Shown one piece after another: positions 12,248 to 24,801 of a stretch of 64,000 nucleotides of DNA; positions within the stretch are counted from its first letter, which is position 1; the number at the start of each line of letters is the position of its first letter. A program made the position numbers and the translations under genes. Where the stretch lies: the NCBI RefSeq assembly GCF_039654945.1, contig NW_027361754.1, positions 1,550,001-1,614,000 of the forward strand, given 5' to 3'. The notes beneath the pieces are model-generated. The model was not told the DNA's origin and did not search any database. It worked only from the letters and a program-made list of their open reading frames with translations. Source of the DNA: Dendrobates tinctorius (lineage: Eukaryota).

Positions 12248-14089
12248 TATTTCTTATTGACACCTCTCCATTATTAACCAGGCTTAATGTCACCTTACAA
12301 TAGCAAGGTGACATTAACCCCTTATTACCCCATATGCCATCCGCTACAGGGCAATGGGAAGAGAGAGGATAAGTGCCAGAAAAGGCGCATCCTATAGATG
12401 CGCCTTTTCAGGGGTGGTTGGGGGCAGATTTTTTTTAGCCAGGGGGGCCCAAAAACAATGGTCCCTCTGTATGCTATTAATTTCTGCCCTCAGTCGCTTG
12501 CCCTCTCTATGTGTTGTAACGTTCCACACTATGAGTGGACGGGGAGTACTCACTTGGCTGGTCCTTGAGGTAGATACCGGGACACTTAGGGTTAAAAAAA
12601 AAAGTCCATTTGGTTTATTAAATACAACATAAACCGCTCCTCAGGAACTTAGTACCACTACAGCAGCGAGTACATGGTCTGTTATACATTCGCCTCTATA
12701 GGAAACCAAATACAGTCTATCACTGACCCCGGTCAGCACAACATGGATTCCTCTCCGTTACCTGTTGGTGTCAGCCACACAGGTTCCAGGGTGCCTCTTA
12801 TCCTTAGAAGTATCCCACAAGCGTCTCTCACTGACCCCGATCAGTATCACTCACGGTTATCAGACTGTCCACTCTGGTGGTATCTCACAGGCCTCGGGCT
12901 CAGACTAGCCAACACTGCACATGTGCCAAACACATAGGCGTCATTAGGTAGCCTTAACCACTCCCAGGTACCTATCACATGGCAAGTCAGGTGATCATGC
13001 CATCACCGCAGGTCCTAAAACACACTATCACATACAAGCTTCATCTTGGTTATTCAGACACACATCCCTTGGGTAGGTATGTAGGTGACTGGATCCACCC
13101 ATCTCTCCAAGTCACCTGGAAGCCTCCCAATGTATAGCAAAAACCCTCAGCAGTTCTGCTGAGCAAAACACGCCCAGGCTTCCATCACAGGGCCACCCAC
13201 CTCTGCGATACATACCACCGATCAATCACATGACCAGTCGCCATGCCACAGTGTATACATGTATTGAATCTATTCTATTTTAACCTGTCAGTGTGATTTT
13301 ACAGTATAGTACACTGAATTGCCGGCTTTTCTAAAGGATATTGGAGTGTATTTCTCGCAAGTCACACGCATGGTCCGTGTATAATCCGTTTTTTTCTTGC
13401 ACCCATAGACTTGCATTGGCGAGTCTTGGCCGTAATATGGTGCAAATTGCAGCATGCTGCGATTTCACCCACACATATAATACGGGCAAGAAAAAAATCA
13501 GATGATGGGAGCTGCCCAAGAAATTAACATTGATCCGAGTGCTATGCGATTTTTTTATCGCTTAGCACTCGTCCGTATTTCTCTCTAGTGTGACTCCGGC
13601 CTAACAGTCAGTGCTGCGCATGTGCTGCCTGACAGAGACTGTGACCGGGTACTGCTGCTTCCTGAATCCCCGGTGCATACAAACAAACCTCTGTATTCCC
13701 TGTACTGCCCGTTATTTACCTCACGTTTACCTACCTCCCTGTGTGGAGTAGCTCCCTGTTTTATTAAAACCTGTTAACCCTTGATCTACCTCCTGTCTGT
13801 CACTGCATCCCACAACTTGCTCACACCTGAGTCCCCAAAAATGATCCAGTTTTAGCGGATCTGTGCGTGGGGGACCCAGACGCCCCAGCACACACTGCCA
13901 GAGACGCGGCCCCGGCTGTCAACACCCCACTGACAGTGGACGAAGCAGCGGCGGTCACACACGCCGTCACCTGCACGCCAGTGGGTGCACTAGGTGCTCG
14001 GCCAGTCCCGCTTGCCACAGAGAACATAGGCCAAGCACCTCCACTACCCCTACCTCTGTCCGGCGCAGTGCCACCCTCCATATCACTGT

Positions 14090-17000
14090 CTACCATAGCC
14101 GCAGCCGTGCTACCACCAGTAGAGATGGTGCCCTGCACCGGACAGCTTATGCTCTCCTCAGCCCCTCGCTACGTACCCACAACAGAGCCCAAGCTGTGGT
14201 GGCTATCAAGTACCAGACCCCAGGAAGGGGGAAATAGATGAACTTCTCTTCTGTTGTTTTAGATTTTTTTTTTTCTTTTCTCTGCCATTTTTCCTCCTGG
14301 TTTCCACACCCTCATCCCAGAACGTTAGCTGATCAAGCCATATCAAGGACTCGATCTGCTGCAAGATGACGCAACCCCCCTCACGACTACTACCACCCTT
14401 CTTCCTCGTCTTCGCTCCCGCTACCCTCTATCAGACTGGAGTCAGGTGGGAGGGCCACTTGCTCAGGGGCTGTCCCGCTGTGCAGAGCCTGGTGTTCACC
14501 TACCAGGCCTCTAGGTGGGTACGACGCGATGATACCAACCTCTCCCTCCTCCTCCACCTGGACAGAACTCCATGACCCCTCAGGGGCCCCACCGGTCAGG
14601 GCTCTAAACCGGTCATTTTCCAGATTTTTCCTTGAAGGGGCCGCTTTCGGCGAGGATGGCCGCCCTCCTCTCCTCCAGCTTCTGAATGGACCCCGTCAGC
14701 CCGTTTACAGCGGCGGGAGGAGCTCCGATATCTTTGAGCCGGAGGCTCTGTTCACTTTGGCTCTTACTCTCCACCATTCCGCCTGGAGCAACCGCAGATC
14801 TTTTGTATTCGCAGAGGTGCTCGTATATGCGGGAGCCATAGATGGTGACAGGCTCCCTTAATGCCCCAGTCATGGGGCACTGCCGCTGCACCTCTGCCAG
14901 TCTCTTGCTTACTTCCAGAAGGAGGAACCATCACGGCCATCAGCCATGCCTTCAGGGGTCCTGCGGCTACCATAGCCGCAGCCGTGCTACCACCAGTAGA
15001 GATGGTGTCCTGCACCCGACAGCTTATGCACTCCTCGGCCCCTCACTACGTACCCACAACAGAGCCCAAGCTGTGGTGGCTATCAAGTACCAGACCCCAG
15101 GAAGGGGGAAATAGATGAACTTCTCTTCTGTTGTTTTAGTTTTTTTTTTACTTTTCTCTGCCATTTTTCCTCCTGGTTTCCACACCCTCATCCCAGAACG
15201 TTAGCTGATCAAGCCATATCAAGGACTCGATCTGCTGCAAGATGACGCAACCCCCCTCACGACTACTACCACCCTTCTTCCTCGTCTTCGCTCCCGCTAC
15301 CCTCTATCAGACTGGAGTCAGGTGGGAGGGCCACTTGCTCAGGGGCTGTCCCGCTGTGCAGAGCCTGGTGTTCACCTACCAGGCCTCTAGGTGGGTACGA
15401 CGCGATGATACCAACCTCTCCCTCCTCCTCCACCTGGACAGAACTCCATGACCCCTCAGGGGCCCCACCGGTCAGGGCTCTAAACCGGTCATTTTCCAGA
15501 TTTTTCCTTGAAGGGGCCGCTTTCGGCGAGGATGGCCGCCCTCCTCTCCTCCAGCTTCTGAATGGACCCCGTCAGCCCGTTTACAGCGGCGGGAGGAGCT
15601 CCGATATCTTTGAGCCGGAGGCTCTGTTCACTTTGGCTCTTACTCTCCACCATTCCGCCTGGAGCAACCGCAGATCTTTTGTATTCGCAGAGGTGCTCGT
15701 ATATGCGGGAGCCATAGATGGTGACAGGCTCCCTTAATGCCCCAGTCATGGGGCACTGCCGCTGCACCTCTGCCAGTCTCTTGCTTACTTCCAGAAGGAG
15801 GAACCATCACGGCCATCAGCCATGCCTTCAGGGGTCCTGCGGCTACCATAGCCGCAGCCGTGCTACCACCAGTAGAGATGGTGTCCTGCACCCGACAGCT
15901 TATGCACTCCTCGGCCCCTCACTACGTACCCACAACAGAGCCCAAGCTGTGGTGGCTATCAAGTACCAGACCCCAGGAAGGGGGAAATAGATGAACTTCT
16001 CTTCTGTTGTTTTAGTTTTTTTTTTACTTTTCTCTGCCATTTTTCCTCTTGGTTTCCACACCCTCAACCCAGAACGTTAGCTGATCAAGCCATATCAAGG
16101 ACTCGATCTGCTGCAAGATGACGCAACCCCCCTCACTACTACTACCACCCTTCTTCCTCGTCTTCGCTCCCGCTACCCTCTAACAGACTGGAGTCAGGTG
16201 GGAGGGACACTTGCTCAGGGGCTGTCCCGCTGTGCAGAGCCTGGTGTTCACCTACCAGGCCTCTAGGTGGGTACGACGCGATGATACCAACCTCTTCCTC
16301 CTCCTCCACGTCAGAACTCCATGACCACTCAGCAGGGCCGGTTTAAGGCAAAGTGGGGCCCTAGGCAACGTTTAAAATGGAGCCCCAAATGCTACTGTAA
16401 CATATTGCACATCACACAGAAGCATTTCGGTTGTAGTTACACGCGCTGAGTTCAGGCCGCTAAATTAGTGAGATCGACAATATTGAAGTCATTCAACGCT
16501 TGTTTCCCGGCCTCTTTCCCCCATCTGAGAGAGAATGATGGGGACAGAATCATCACTAATGGATCACCACACAGTATCATGTTATCAGCAGCACATCTAC
16601 AGTTTACACCCCATAGTCCTCCATACAGTATAATACACTCCTCAGTCCTCCATATAGTATAATACACTACCCATAGTCCTCCATATATTAAAATACACTG
16701 CTCAGTCCTCCATATAGTATAATACACTCCTCATAGTCCTCCATATAGTTTAATGCACCGCCATAGTCATCCATGTAGTACAATTCACTTCCCATAGTAT
16801 AATGCACCCCATAGTTATTCATATAATGTATTCACCATAGTACTCGATACAGTATAACGCAGCCCACATATAGTATAATGCAGCCACCCCATAGAGCATA
16901 ATGCAGCCCCGCCATACAATATAATGTAACCCCCCCATAGAATATAATGCAGCCCCCCAAAATAGTATAATGCAGCCCCTCCATAGAATATATGCAACCC

Positions 17001-18826
17001 CCTCAGAGTATAATGTAGCCCCTCCATAAAATACAATGTAGCCCTCCTCATATACAGTATAATGCAGCCCCTACAGAATATAATGTAGCCCCCTCATATT
17101 ATAATGAAGCCCCCATACAATATAATGCAGCCCCCCATAGAATACAATGTAGCCTCCTCATATAGTATAATGTAGCCCCCTCAGAGTATGATGCAATCAC
17201 CCCAATAGAATAAATATAATACAGCCCCCCATAGAATATAATGTAGCCCCCCATATTATATAACAGCCTCCCCCATAGAATATAATGAAAAATGTACCCC
17301 CCATGGTATATAACACAGCCGCATATTATATAGCCCAGCACCACATGGTATACAGCCCAGCATGGTATACAGCATGATATACAGCCCAGCATGGTATATA
17401 ACATGATATACAGCCCAGCATGGTAAATAGCCCAGCATGGTACACAGCCCAGCATGGTACACAGCGTGGTATATAGCTCAGCATGGTACACAGCGTGGTA
17501 TATAGCCCAGCATGGTACACAGCGTGGTATAGAGCCCAGCATGGTACACAGCGTGGTATAGAGCCCAGCATGGTACACAGCGTGGTATAGAGCCCAGCAT
17601 GGTACACAGCGTGGTATAGAGCCCAGCATGGTACACAGCGTGGTATGGAGCCCAGCATGGTACACAGTGTGGTATAGAGCCCAGCATGGTATATAGCGTG
17701 GTATCGAGCCCAGCATGGTATATAGTGTGGTATAGAGCCCAGCATGGTATATAGCGTGGTATACAGCCCAGCATGGTATATAGCGTGGTATAGAGCCAAG
17801 CACGGTATATAGCGTGGTATACAGCGTGGTATACAGCCCAGCATGGTATATAGCGTGGTATACAGCATAGTATACAGCCCAGCATGGTATATAGCGTGGT
17901 ATAGAAACCGGCATGGTATATAGCGTGGTATAGAGCCCAGCGTGGTATACAGCCCAGCTTGGTATATAGCCCCCCCCCCCCCCCCCCGAGAGTGGCCCCA
18001 CAGTCCAGTACTCACAGTGATTAAAAAAAACAAAACAAAACAAAAAAAAACAAAACACACACACTCTTTACCTCTTCTCCTCGCTCCCGCGCTGGTCCCA
18101 GCTCCTGGCTCAGCCTGCACTGCCTGGCACACAGTGAGCGCGTGATGATATGACGTCATCGCGCACCCGCTGTCTTTAAGAGGCAGAGCGGGGAATGATG
18201 GGAGAGGGAGCGTCAGCTGATGCCCTCTCCTCCATCATTGCGGTGAACTATACCGGCGTCTATGATGCCGGTATAGTTCAATGCGGCGGCGGGAGTCGGC
18301 GCTGGGGGCAGGCGGGGCCCCCTGCCTCACAGGGGCCCCATAGCGGCTCCATGATGTTCCGCTAGCTGGGGGCCCCTGGGGGAGCGGGGGCCCTAGGCAC
18401 CTGCCTGGTCTGCCTGCCCCTAGCGCCGGCCCTGCCACTCAGGGGCCCCACCGGTCAGGGCTCTAAACCGGTCATTTTTCAGATTTTTCCTTGAAGGGGC
18501 CGCTTTCGGCGAGGATGGCCGCCCTCCTCTCCTCCAGCTTCTGAATGGACCCCGTCAGCCCGTTTACAGCGGCGGGAGGAGCTCCGATATCTTTGAGCCG
18601 GAGGCTCTGTTCACTTTGGCTCTTACTCTCCACCATTCCGCCTGGAGCAACCGCAGATCTTTTGTATTCGCAGAGGTGCGCGTGTATGCGGGAGCCATAG
18701 ATGGTGACAGGCTCCCTTAATGCCCCAGTCATGGGGCACTGCCGCTGCACCTCTGCCAGTCTCTTGCTTACTTCCAGAAGGAGGAACCATCACGGCCATC
18801 AGCCATGCCTTCAGGGGTCCTGCGGC
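14090..18826. repeat. Tandem triplication of an ~876-bp unit; the third unit is interrupted by a hAT element
   Basis: Identical ORF translations offset by 876 bp (14366/15242, 14613/15489). The unit resumes at 18435 after the insertion. Confidence 0.9.
16333..18434. mobile_element. Non-autonomous hAT transposon with internal minisatellites
   Basis: TIR CAGGGCCGG/CCGGCCCTG and 8-bp TSD CCACTCAG (16325-16332, 18435-18442). The empty site is visible in the sister tandem units. Internal tandem repeats at ~16600-17965. Confidence 0.9.
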
Positions 18827-19119
18827 ACCCTGAGGTCCTTGTCTGGGGCCCCAGGCTTGCTCCACCCAGGGGACGGCCTGACTGGGTCGACCCCCAAGCC
18901 GATTCTTGTGGCCTCCTACTGGCCTGGACCAGGAGCCCAACCCTGGGATCCAGTCTCGCCAATGCCTCTTTGCTGGAAAAGAGATGGACAAAAAGTTCCA
19001 GGTGGTAGCTCTTTTCCTCCCTTCCCAGCTCCTGCAGCACACAGTACTGACACCCGCAGCAGACTCCCCCTCTTCCTCCACACAGGACTGGCCATATACC
19101 AGGAACACCCCACGAGATT

Positions 19120-20980
19120 CACTGAGGTGTGTCTCCTGCAGCGCTTGGCTCATTAAGTGGAGGGGACTGAGCATGTGTGTCCTCCAGCACTTTCACTTAT
19201 TAGGTGGAGGGGACTGAGCATGTGTGTCCTCCAGCACTTTCACTCATTAGGTGGAGGGGACTGAGCATGTGTGTCCTCCAGCGCTCGGCTCATTAAGTGG
19301 AGGGGACTGAGCGTGTGTGTTCTTAAGCTTTCAGCTCATTGGGCGGAGGGGACTGAGCATGTGTGTCCTCCAATACTCGGCTTATTAAGTGGCGGGGACA
19401 GAGCGTGTCCTCCAGCACTCGGTTCATTAGGTGGAGGGGACTGAGTGTGTCCTCCAATACTCGGCTCATTAGGTGGAGGGGACTAAGCGTGTGTCCTCCA
19501 GAATTCAGCTCATTAGGGGGAGGGGACTGAGCGTGTGTCCTCTGCCACTTGGCTCATTAGGTTGAGGTGACGGATGTCACGGACGTGGTTTGTGGAACCA
19601 CTGTGCCACAGACCGAGGTGCGCCTGGCCCTCCTGACTGTTCACTAGAGCCTCTGATGGTGAGGTTAGACTTGGCTCCCGACGAACAACAGGTGTCACTC
19701 CGGGACAGACCAACGGACGCGCAGCAGCTGGACCCAGAGGAGAGACTGGAGGAAGCAGCTTGCAGAGTTTGTATTAGAATGCAGCAGGCAGAGTTCAAAT
19801 CAGAGTGCAGCAGAGTTTGTATCAGAGTGCAGCAAGCAGTGTGAGCAGCAGGCAGGATTTGCACCAGAGTGCAGCAGTGTTTGTATAAGAGTACAGCAGG
19901 CAGGACCTGCACCAGGGTGCAGTAGGCAGGATTTGCACCAGAGTGCAGCAGGCAGGATTTGCACAAAAGGCAGCAGGCACTGGTATGCAACCTTACACAA
20001 CTTAAGACTGCAAAACAGGAAGGTTGCTCAGGCACCTCCCCAGTGGAGAGGAAGCAATATATATAATGCCTCTCAACCATTGGCTGGGGAGGAAATAGAA
20101 AGTGCACGTGCTGGCCCTTTAAGAGGGCGGGAGCACATGTGCCATAAGGACACGGCTGGAATTGCTGCTGGAAGCATGCAGAGCATGAGGAAGAGGGGAA
20201 CCAACCTGCAGTGCGGGTGAGTGAAGCAACACGCCGGAGACCCTGCCTGTCAGAGTAGGGATCCGGCGTGGTGCTAACAACGGAGCGTGTCCTCCAGTAC
20301 CCGGCTCATTGGGTGGAGGTGACTGAGCGTGGGTCCTCCAGCACTCGGCTCATTAGGTGGAGGGGACTGAGCGTGGGTCCTACAGCACTCAGCTCATTAC
20401 GTGGAGGGGACTGAGCATGTGTCCTCCAGCACTCGGCTCATTAGGTGGAGGAAACTGAGCCTGTGTCTTCCAGAACTATGCTTATTTGATAGAGGGGACT
20501 GAGCGGGTGTCCTCCTGAACTCGGCTAATTGGGTGGAAGTGACTAAGCATGTGTGTCCACCAGCACTTTCACTCATTAGGTGGAGGGGACGGAGTGTGTG
20601 TCCTCCAGCACTTTCATTTGTTAGTTGGAGGGGACTGAGCATGTGTCCTCCAGTGCTCCGCTCATTAAGTGGATGGGACTGAGAGTTTGTGTCCTCCAGA
20701 ACTAATCTCATTAGGTGGAGGTAACTGAGCGTGTGTCCTCCAGCACTCAGCTCATAAGGTGGAGGGGACGGAGCATGTGTGTCCTCCAGCACTCGGCTCA
20801 TTAAGTGGAGGGGAATGAGCGTGTGTCCTCCAATATTCGGGTCATTAGGTGGAGGGGACTAAGCATGTGTGTCCTACAGCAGTCGGCTTATCAGGTGGAG
20901 GTGACTGAGCGGTGTCCTTCAATACTCGACTCTTTAGATTGAGGGGACTGAGCGCCTGTTTTCCAGCACTCGGCTCATCA
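19120..20980. repeat. ~39-41-bp minisatellite (GGTGGAGGGGACTGAGCGTGTGTCCTCCAGCACTCGGCTCATTA)n interrupted by a solo LTR
   Basis: Degenerate tandem units directly visible on both sides of 19575-20279. Confidence 0.9.
19575..20279. mobile_element. Solo LTR (705 bp)
   Basis: TGTCAC...CTAACA termini and 5-bp TSD ACGGA (19570-19574, 20280-20284). Confidence 0.8.
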
Positions 20981-20981
20981 A

Positions 20982-22725
20982 GGCTACGTTCACATTTACA
21001 TATATGTGCGCAACATATCATCTGCATGTCAAAACGCATGCTAACGCAGCATTTTTTATCCGCATCAGCTTACACATGACGCCAAAAAACGCTGTGTGTG
21101 CATGCGTTTGCATTATTTATGCGCATGCGTTCGATAGGACAATGCTTTTCCAGGAGAATTTCCTTGACACAAGCCACGTCCAATGGGCGTGTCTCATGGA
21201 AATTCAGTATATTCTTGTCAGCTATGGATACCGCGTCTCTGATGACTGCACGCCAGCACCCCAACCCACCCAAGTACTATTTGATACAGGCTCTAGTGCA
21301 TGACCAGTCACATTTAAAGTTACTATGGTGTCACTCCTATTATCGCACTGAACGCGATTAACTACTATATGGCAGTCAGTTACTGATGAAGGCCAGTGAG
21401 GCCGAAACATCTATATTATTTTCTGGCTGCATTAAAGAATCCAAAAAATATTCTAGAAGTTGAGTGCCAAATTTTCTTTATTATACACAATTACATCCTG
21501 GCAAAAGAGCGACCTAACTTAGAACTTGAGGAACCTGTTAATACCACATCGCAGGATTACCAAGATCACCCTCTGAGGACTACAGTGGAAGTTGCCCAAA
21601 TGAGGGATACAATTTGCTGCCTGCTTTTTTTCAGATATTGGACGTGTGGCATGGCAAGACTACATGGTTTAAGCCGCTAAAATGCACCTGTAATGTTATG
21701 TACCTGTAATGTTTGTGACTTTAATAATAAAACACCTCTAGTGAAACACCCGTTACCTCAACAATACAATCCACAAGTGTGTTTACAGTGCATAAAGAGA
21801 CAAAGAAAACAGCGATTGTGCAAACAAAAGCAAATTTTTATTGAACAATAAAATCAGTAATTAGCTTTGGGGTATGTTGGAGGGTGAGATATTGTGGACG
21901 TGGGGGGGGGAGTGTGGAGCTGGAACGAGTGGCTACCATGAGTGGATGACGAAGGGATTCTAGGGGAAGGGCCTACAAAATGCATGGGGTCTGGGTGGTC
22001 ATAGATGGGAGTAGACACATTAGGACTGGAATCGTGGGAATGGAGAAACAAATTAGAAAACAGACACATCGGTAGGTGAGGTGGTTGGACAGTTTTGGGG
22101 TGACGTTTGGTGCGTCTAGTCTTCCTCTTCTGGCAGTGCTGAACAGAGCTGATACGGGGCATCTGTTTTCTGCTTTTTTTTTCCTTGGGTGTGTGGGAGT
22201 GGTGCCATCAGACTGGCGTGCCTCGGGACTCGGCCTGGTGGTGGCTTCAGACTGGCGTGCTGCTAGACTCATCATTGTGGTGGCTTCAGACTGGCGTGCT
22301 GCTGGACTTGTCATCGAGAGTGAAATCCAGAGTCTTCACAGCAGATCCACTGGCTTGTAATAGCATCCAGAGGCTTAAGAGTACTGGACTTTGAGTGTCC
22401 ACATCCTCTTTTTATACAGCTTTGTTTTGTGGGTGACTGAAACCAGTTCCTGGACCTGCTCATTCTGAAGTACGCATGCCCTTGCGTACCAATGTGTTCC
22501 CATAGACAGTAATGCGTTGATTTGACGCACTTCATCCGCATGCGTATGGCTGCACATATGACACCTCAAAAAATGCAACATGTTGCATTCACCGCACACC
22601 GCGAAACAACGCATGCGTACACATCAGCAAGCGAACGCATGTCCCTGTGTGCACCATGTTAAAGATATGTACACGACGCATGCGGATCAAACGCTGCGCA
22701 CAGATACACAAATGTGAAACCTGCC
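20982..22725. mobile_element. Internally deleted PIF/Harbinger transposon remnant
   Basis: Imperfect TIR GGCTACGTTCACATTT / AAATGTGAAACCTGCC(taa). Degenerate peptide IHNYI...MRDT..F/SDIGRVAWQD at ~21480-21660 resembles the Harbinger transposase C-terminus. Confidence 0.55.
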
Positions 22726-22749
22726 TAAGTCATGTGTATGGAGGCTTTA

Positions 22750-23077
22750 GGGTAGGTGCACACGTTGCGGATCCGCAGCGGATTTGCCACTGAAGATCCG
22801 CAAGTGATTTACAGTACAATAATAACCTATGTGAAAAAAAATTGGCTGTGCACATGCTGCACAAAATTCCGCACAGAATCCGCAGCGGTTCAATTTCCAC
22901 ATCATGTCAATTCTTTGTGTGGATTCTGCAGTGTTTTTACACCCATTACATTATAGAAATCCGCAGGTGTAAAAACGCAGGCCAAAACCACACAAAATAC
23001 GTGCGGATTTTGACCTGCGGATTCCGCCAAGAGATGCAGATTCCGCGCGGAAAAATCCCCAAAGTGTGCACATACCC
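22750..23077. mobile_element. Harbinger-type MITE
   Basis: TIR GGGTAGGTGCACAC / GTGTGCACATACCC and TTA TSD. Same family as 53765-54438. Confidence 0.75.
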
Positions 23078-23411
23078 TTAGACTAGATGGCTTTTCAGCT
23101 GCAGGAGCCACTTAGAGATCTGTAGCCTTGTAAGACGACTGATTAAATCATGCACCATTAAAAACACAAACAGGGAGTGGACAAATCCTTACTAGAGGCT
23201 CATGCAGGGCTGTGGAGTCGGAGTCGTGGAGTCGGAGCTCATTTTGGTGGAGTCGGCGTTGGAGTCGGTATAAAAGGGACCAACTCCGACTCCTAAAATA
23301 TATAATAAATTGGGTACAGTAGTTCACTGCAGAATGTGCTGAATATTTTTTCATAGGAATTTGGGAAAGTTATGAAATGTCCTATAAATGACTGTTCTAT
23401 TTCTGATCTAA

Positions 23412-24328
23412 GGCTACATTCACACACAGCGTTTTTCGAGGATAAGTTTTTCAGTTGCAAAAGCAGATCAGCTTTTTAAAAAACCGCATCACCTGAAAGG
23501 TTTTTGAGCTCATAGATGTTTTCAATAGCAAAAGCAGATTAGAAATCTGCTCTATCTATATATCCATTTATCCATATCTGTATCCATATCATATCTGTAC
23601 CAAAAAAGAATGAAAGCCGGATAGCACACAGACTAAAGCCCCCGTTACACACTGCGATATCGCTAGCAATATCACTGTAAAGTCACCGATTTTGTGACGC
23701 AGCAGCGATATTACTATCGATATCGCTGCATGTGATACTTACCTACGACCCGCTCCCCCTCTGGTTATCGCTGATCGCGCGAGAAGCTCCTGGACCATTC
23801 CTCGTCGGTCACTTCCTGCTGGTGCTTTCTGTGGCGCCGACGAGCGAGGCGTGGAGCCGGGCGGGAGGACGTCAGGATCGCCTCGTCTGACAGGTAAATA
23901 GCGATCCCCGTCCCCTGCGATGTCGCTAGTGAGATCTGCCTGTGTGGCAGCTCACTAGCGACCACCTAGCGATGCACCAGCGATCCTGACCGCGTCATAT
24001 CGCTGGTGAGTCGCTAGGTGTAACGGTACCCTAACACTCCTTTTTTTAGCACCAGTCAGGGACACCTCATAGCTGCCCAAAAGGACGCCCAGGACAGGCA
24101 TTGCTCGTCTTCAGTAACACATCAACATCAATTGATAGTTGGAATAAATAGACTGCATTCATCACATCTTCTTAAGGTGCAGGCTTTATTTTCAAGTGTA
24201 GGGGTGTGAAGTATGAGGTTCTGCAGCAGCTGAGGTGTGCAATATGAAATTCTGCGGAACAGCATGAGGTTCTGCCCCCCCCCCCCCCCAGGTTTGATCC
24301 CAGCTACGCCCATAGTGTGAATGTAGCC
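23412..24328. mobile_element. Harbinger-type MITE containing a second MITE (23637-24031)
   Basis: Outer TIR GGCTACATTCACAC / GTGTGAATGTAGCC. Inner element (taa)AGCCCCCGTTACAC...GTGTAACGGTACCC(taa). Confidence 0.7.
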
Positions 24329-24373
24329 TGAGAATCTAGGCTTTGTCTTAGCTGAGATAAGTCATAGTGTGTG

Positions 24374-24419
<46 letters not shown>

Positions 24420-24801
24420 GTACAGACCAAAAGTTTTGACACACCTTCTCATTCAAAGAGTTTTCTTTATTTTCTTGACTATGAAAATTGTAGATTCACT
24501 CTGAAGGCAACAGGAAACCTACAGATACAAAAAGGCGGCACCTCTCCCACGCATCAGTTGGATTACAGAGCACAAGAGGACCACAATTGTTAATAGCAAA
24601 ATTATATACAGTACTTTACACAACTATTCTTTACCAGTGTACATACAAGAGGAAGAAGTGCACACCCAAATTTAAACTAAAGGGAGGGAATATACGGGTG
24701 CTGTCATGGGCTCCAAAAAACACCGTTAACCGGTGAGTAACTAAGACTTTATCGGTCGTCCATGACAGCACCACCTGAGAGAATTACAGAGAGTAAACTA
24801 T

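Noticed and set aside
12511-13250. Possible further solo LTR
   Set aside because: LTR-like composition and a TG start, but I could not identify a matching end and TSD with confidence.
17099-18159. 321-aa and 277-aa Tyr/His/Cys-rich ORFs
   Set aside because: Translations of the minisatellite inside the non-autonomous hAT element.
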